A stretch of 32,762 bases of DNA from Thermoproteota archaeon (GTDB lineage Archaea > Asgardarchaeota > Jordiarchaeia > Jordiarchaeales > Freyrarchaeaceae). Positions 30,474-32,762 of the stretch are shown in pieces (positions within the stretch are counted from its first letter, which is position 1; each line of letters starts with the position of its first letter). The position numbers and the translations under genes are program-made. The notes beneath the pieces were generated by a model. The model saw nothing but the letters and a program-made list of their open reading frames with translations. It was not told where the DNA came from and made no database searches. The DNA is taken from contig JAPDJY010000056.1 in assembly GCA_029258835.1 (NCBI GenBank), positions 1 through 32,762 on the forward strand, given 5' to 3'.

Positions 30474-30971
30474 TTGAGCTCTGAAGTCAAAATAATAGTC
30501 GTTAATGTAGAGAAGGAAAAGGACGACCAGTTTATCTGCGGGATGGCGAACTTCACCGTTTACACCTGCGACAACATATTCAGGGAGCTATTAGCCGCAG
30601 TACCAAGAATAAAATGTGGAGTTGCGATGAACGAGGCAGCCCCACGCCTAGTAAGAGTTAACGGTAACGATGAAAGACTAAAGGAGCTAGCTGCGAAAAA
30701 CGCATTAGCAATAGGAGCATCCCACGCCTACGTAATACTTATGAAAGAAGCATTTCCAATCAATGTACTTAACGCTCTGAAGAACGTGCCAGGAATATGC
30801 AACGTAATAGTCGCCACAGCAAACCCAGTCCAACTGATAATCGCAGAAACACCTCTGGGAAGAGCAATCCTAGGAGCAGTCGACGGAAATAGTGTCACAA
30901 ACATAGAAAACGAAGAGCAAAGGAAGGAGAGAAGAGAGCTTGTAAGGAAGCTAGGCTATATTCTAGGCTAG
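30474..30971 (+). CDS. Adenosine-specific kinase family protein (PAE2307/DUF355-like)
   Basis: GVAMNEA..RLVRVNGND, FPINVLNALKNVP, ATANPVQLIIAET..GRAILGAVDG, R.ELVRKLGY. Confidence 0.85.
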   Translation: MSSEVKIIVVNVEKEKDDQFICGMANFTVYTCDNIFRELLAAVPRIKCGVAMNEAAPRLVRVNGNDERLKELAAKNALAIGASHAYVILMKEAFPINVLNALKNVPGICNVIVATANPVQLIIAETPLGRAILGAVDGNSVTNIENEEQRKERRELVRKLGYILG

Positions 30972-31150
30972 CCCCCAACAACCACCTATTCCCTAATTAT
31001 CCTCTCCAGCCTTAACCCTTACTCCCATTATTTAAACTCCTTTTTCTCATTTTCAGCATGTTGGAAGAACCTGGCGCGACGAAAAACAAGGAAAGTAGGA
31101 AGAATGCTAATACAGTAAGAGAGGAAAATCAACAGGAAAGCAGGGAGATG

Positions 31151-31332
31151 TGGCGCCCGGGGTGTGATTCCCGAGGAAGACCTTTTCGAACACACGCGGC
31201 GGGGAGTGCGGCGGGAAACGCCTCCGCCAGTGGGTTTCTTGCCCCCATGTTCCCACAAGATCTCGAGCTTCGGCGCCTTAGAGGCTCCACCGCCCTACCA
31301 TTACCCACTCCCCAGCTCTAGGCGACCCGGGC
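31151..31332 (-). tRNA. tRNA-Ser(CGA) with five introns, CCA encoded
   Basis: Removing 31317-31301, 31286-31269, 31261-31236, 31223-31207 and 31184-31168 yields the 87-nt GCCCGGGTCGCCTAGTGGTAGGGCGGTGGGCTCGAGACCCACTGGCGGCTCCCCGCCGCGTGTGTTCGAATCACACCCCGGGCGCCA, with all stems paired, a long variable arm and G73. Confidence 0.9.
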
Positions 31333-31462
31333 GCTCTGTCCACTCTATATTCTCTCTAATTTAGAAGAAGTATTTTTATTTTTTGAGGTGAAGTGCGTCC
31401 TTAAAATCAATGTTGCATTTAGTGTTTTCCTTTCTCTTCCATGCAACTCTTTACCCGCAGTA

Positions 31463-32032
31463 CTAGCGTTTATATGCAGATATTAAGTCTATCTTAGTTA
31501 TTATTCCAACAACCTTTCCTTTATCCACTACTAGCACTGCCGGATTGCCGCTCATTATAAGATGACGTACAACCTCTACGCTCGTGGATGGACTTACCAC
31601 TGGGAAGCTATCCTCCATTACGTCCTTAACTCTTTTTTCGAAAACATCGCATCCTTCTGACAGGTATTTCATTATTGTTCCCTCATTAATGCTACCTATT
31701 AAGCGGCCATTCTCTATGACTGGCATTTGGGAGATACCGTTTTTCCTCATGAGCTCAATAGCGTCCTTAACGGAGGCATCAGGGGAAATAGATATCACCG
31801 GGGAGAACATTACCTCCCCAGCGGTAACCTGCTTTTTCTCATACTCACTCATCGCCGCAACAATCTTCCTAAGCGTTGAAAGGCGCGGGTCAACGGAGCC
31901 AGACTCGATTCTAGCTATCAACGACTGGCTTACACCAGCCCGCCTTGCGAGCTCTTCCTGGGTTAACCCTAAACGCTTTCTCGCCTGCCTTAGATCTTCA
32001 GGAGAAGGCAGATAAAACATTAAAAGCCCCAC
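31463..32032 (-). CDS. XRE-family HTH + CBS-pair transcriptional regulator
   Basis: LRQARKRLGLTQEELARRAGVSQSLIARIESGSVDPRLSTL followed by two CBS domains. Confidence 0.93.
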   Translation of the reverse strand: MGLLMFYLPSPEDLRQARKRLGLTQEELARRAGVSQSLIARIESGSVDPRLSTLRKIVAAMSEYEKKQVTAGEVMFSPVISISPDASVKDAIELMRKNGISQMPVIENGRLIGSINEGTIMKYLSEGCDVFEKRVKDVMEDSFPVVSPSTSVEVVRHLIMSGNPAVLVVDKGKVVGIITKIDLISAYKR

Positions 32033-32182
32033 CTCTAAGTAGAGGACCTCCCTCCACGCTCGAAAATGCTTCAGAGTAATTTCTATCAGAAAAAACGTTT
32101 TTTAACTTTTCTAGTTCCTTAACGGTTTCTGTTTACATTCTAAACAAGAAGCAAATATATAGAACTATAAGGTGCTGTTAGG

Positions 32183-32762
32183 TTGAACGGAGAAAGACTG
32201 GAAGGGCTCAGCGTGAAAAAAAGATGCAAGATTCTGTGCGGCGGCATCGTCCAAGGAGTTGGAATGCGCCCTTTTGTATACCGCATAGCAGTTAAAAACA
32301 AGCTTACAGGATACGTCCTAAACCTAGGAGATGCAGGGGTTAAAATAGTAGTTGAAGGCGAGGAAGAAGCCATAAAGAAATTTCTCATGGACCTGAGGAG
32401 GGAGAAGCCGCCGTTAGCACGGTTCGAGAAAATAGATGTGAAGTGGGAGAGGTATAAAGGAGAATTTTCATCCTTCACCATAAGGAAAAGTAGCAAAAAG
32501 AAGGTCCTTGAAGGGTCCTACATACCACCAGACGTGGCGATATGTGACAAGTGCGCTGAGGAAATTTTAAACCCTGAGGATAGGCACTACAATTACCCAT
32601 TCACATGCTGTGCCGACTGTGGTCCAAGGTACACATCAATAATAGCGCTGCCATACGATAGAGAGTTAACAACCATGAGAGAGTTCCCGCTATGCTCCTA
32701 CTGCAGAGAGGAGTATGAAAACCCGTTAGATAGAAGGTATCACGCCCAGGGAATATGCTGCC
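32183..32762 (+). CDS. hypF: Hydrogenase maturation carbamoyltransferase HypF (5' part, runs off window; not in ORF track)
   Basis: Manual translation: GIVQGVGMRPFVYRIA..GYVLNLGDAGV (acylphosphatase domain), IPPDVAICDKC, YPFTCCADCGPRY, PYDR..TTM..FPLC..C..EYENPLDRRYHAQ. Start is TTG 32183 or GTG 32213. Confidence 0.95.
   Translation, partial: MNGERLEGLSVKKRCKILCGGIVQGVGMRPFVYRIAVKNKLTGYVLNLGDAGVKIVVEGEEEAIKKFLMDLRREKPPLARFEKIDVKWERYKGEFSSFTIRKSSKKKVLEGSYIPPDVAICDKCAEEILNPEDRHYNYPFTCCADCGPRYTSIIALPYDRELTTMREFPLCSYCREEYENPLDRRYHAQGICC

Noticed and set aside
31028-31364. ORFs 31028-31258, 31058-31321 and 31164-31364; also RNase P, SRP or tRNA-Sec interpretations
   Set aside because: The region is fully explained by the intron-containing tRNA-Ser(CGA); RNase P and SRP consensus motifs are missing and the anticodon is CGA, not UCA.
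740-32496. Numerous short antisense or nested ORFs in the track (e.g. 10393-10914, 12850-13254, 31584-32015, 32140-32496)
   Set aside because: They are shadows of well-supported genes on the opposite strand or frame and have no recognisable motifs.
1-32762. CRISPR arrays, rRNA genes, inteins in RpoB or PolB, integrase at the tRNAs
   Set aside because: No spaced direct repeats, rRNA-like segments, intein-sized insertions or recombinase genes were seen.

Overview
Archaeal chromosomal window, very likely from an Asgard archaeon: it has an ESCRT-I/II operon, an ARPC4-like gene, a single-polypeptide RpoB and a PolB1-type polymerase. Housekeeping and metabolic genes include rpoB, an Lrp regulator, a secretion ATPase with a TadC-like partner, gcvPA/gcvPB/gcvT, polB1, fae-hps, an ATP-NAD kinase, two HD phosphohydrolases, an HTH-CBS regulator and a truncated hypF. 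The most striking signal is absent from the ORF track: unusually dense bulge-helix-bulge (BHB) introns. Manual folding gives (i) a tRNA-Ser(CGA) interrupted by five introns (31151-31332, minus strand), (ii) a tRNA-Lys(UUU) with three non-canonical introns (4490-4615, minus strand), and (iii) a 32-nt BHB intron inside a protein-coding gene (12833-12864). Removing the third deletes a stop codon and fuses two apparently frameshifted ORFs into one 251-aa membrane-anchored LbH acyltransferase. Other notable items: an IFT52/GIFT-like domain fused to a steadiness-box-like tail, an rpoB outside its usual operon, and a Panacea-like plus tandem HD cassette. All protein calls come from motif recognition by eye; no database searches were run.
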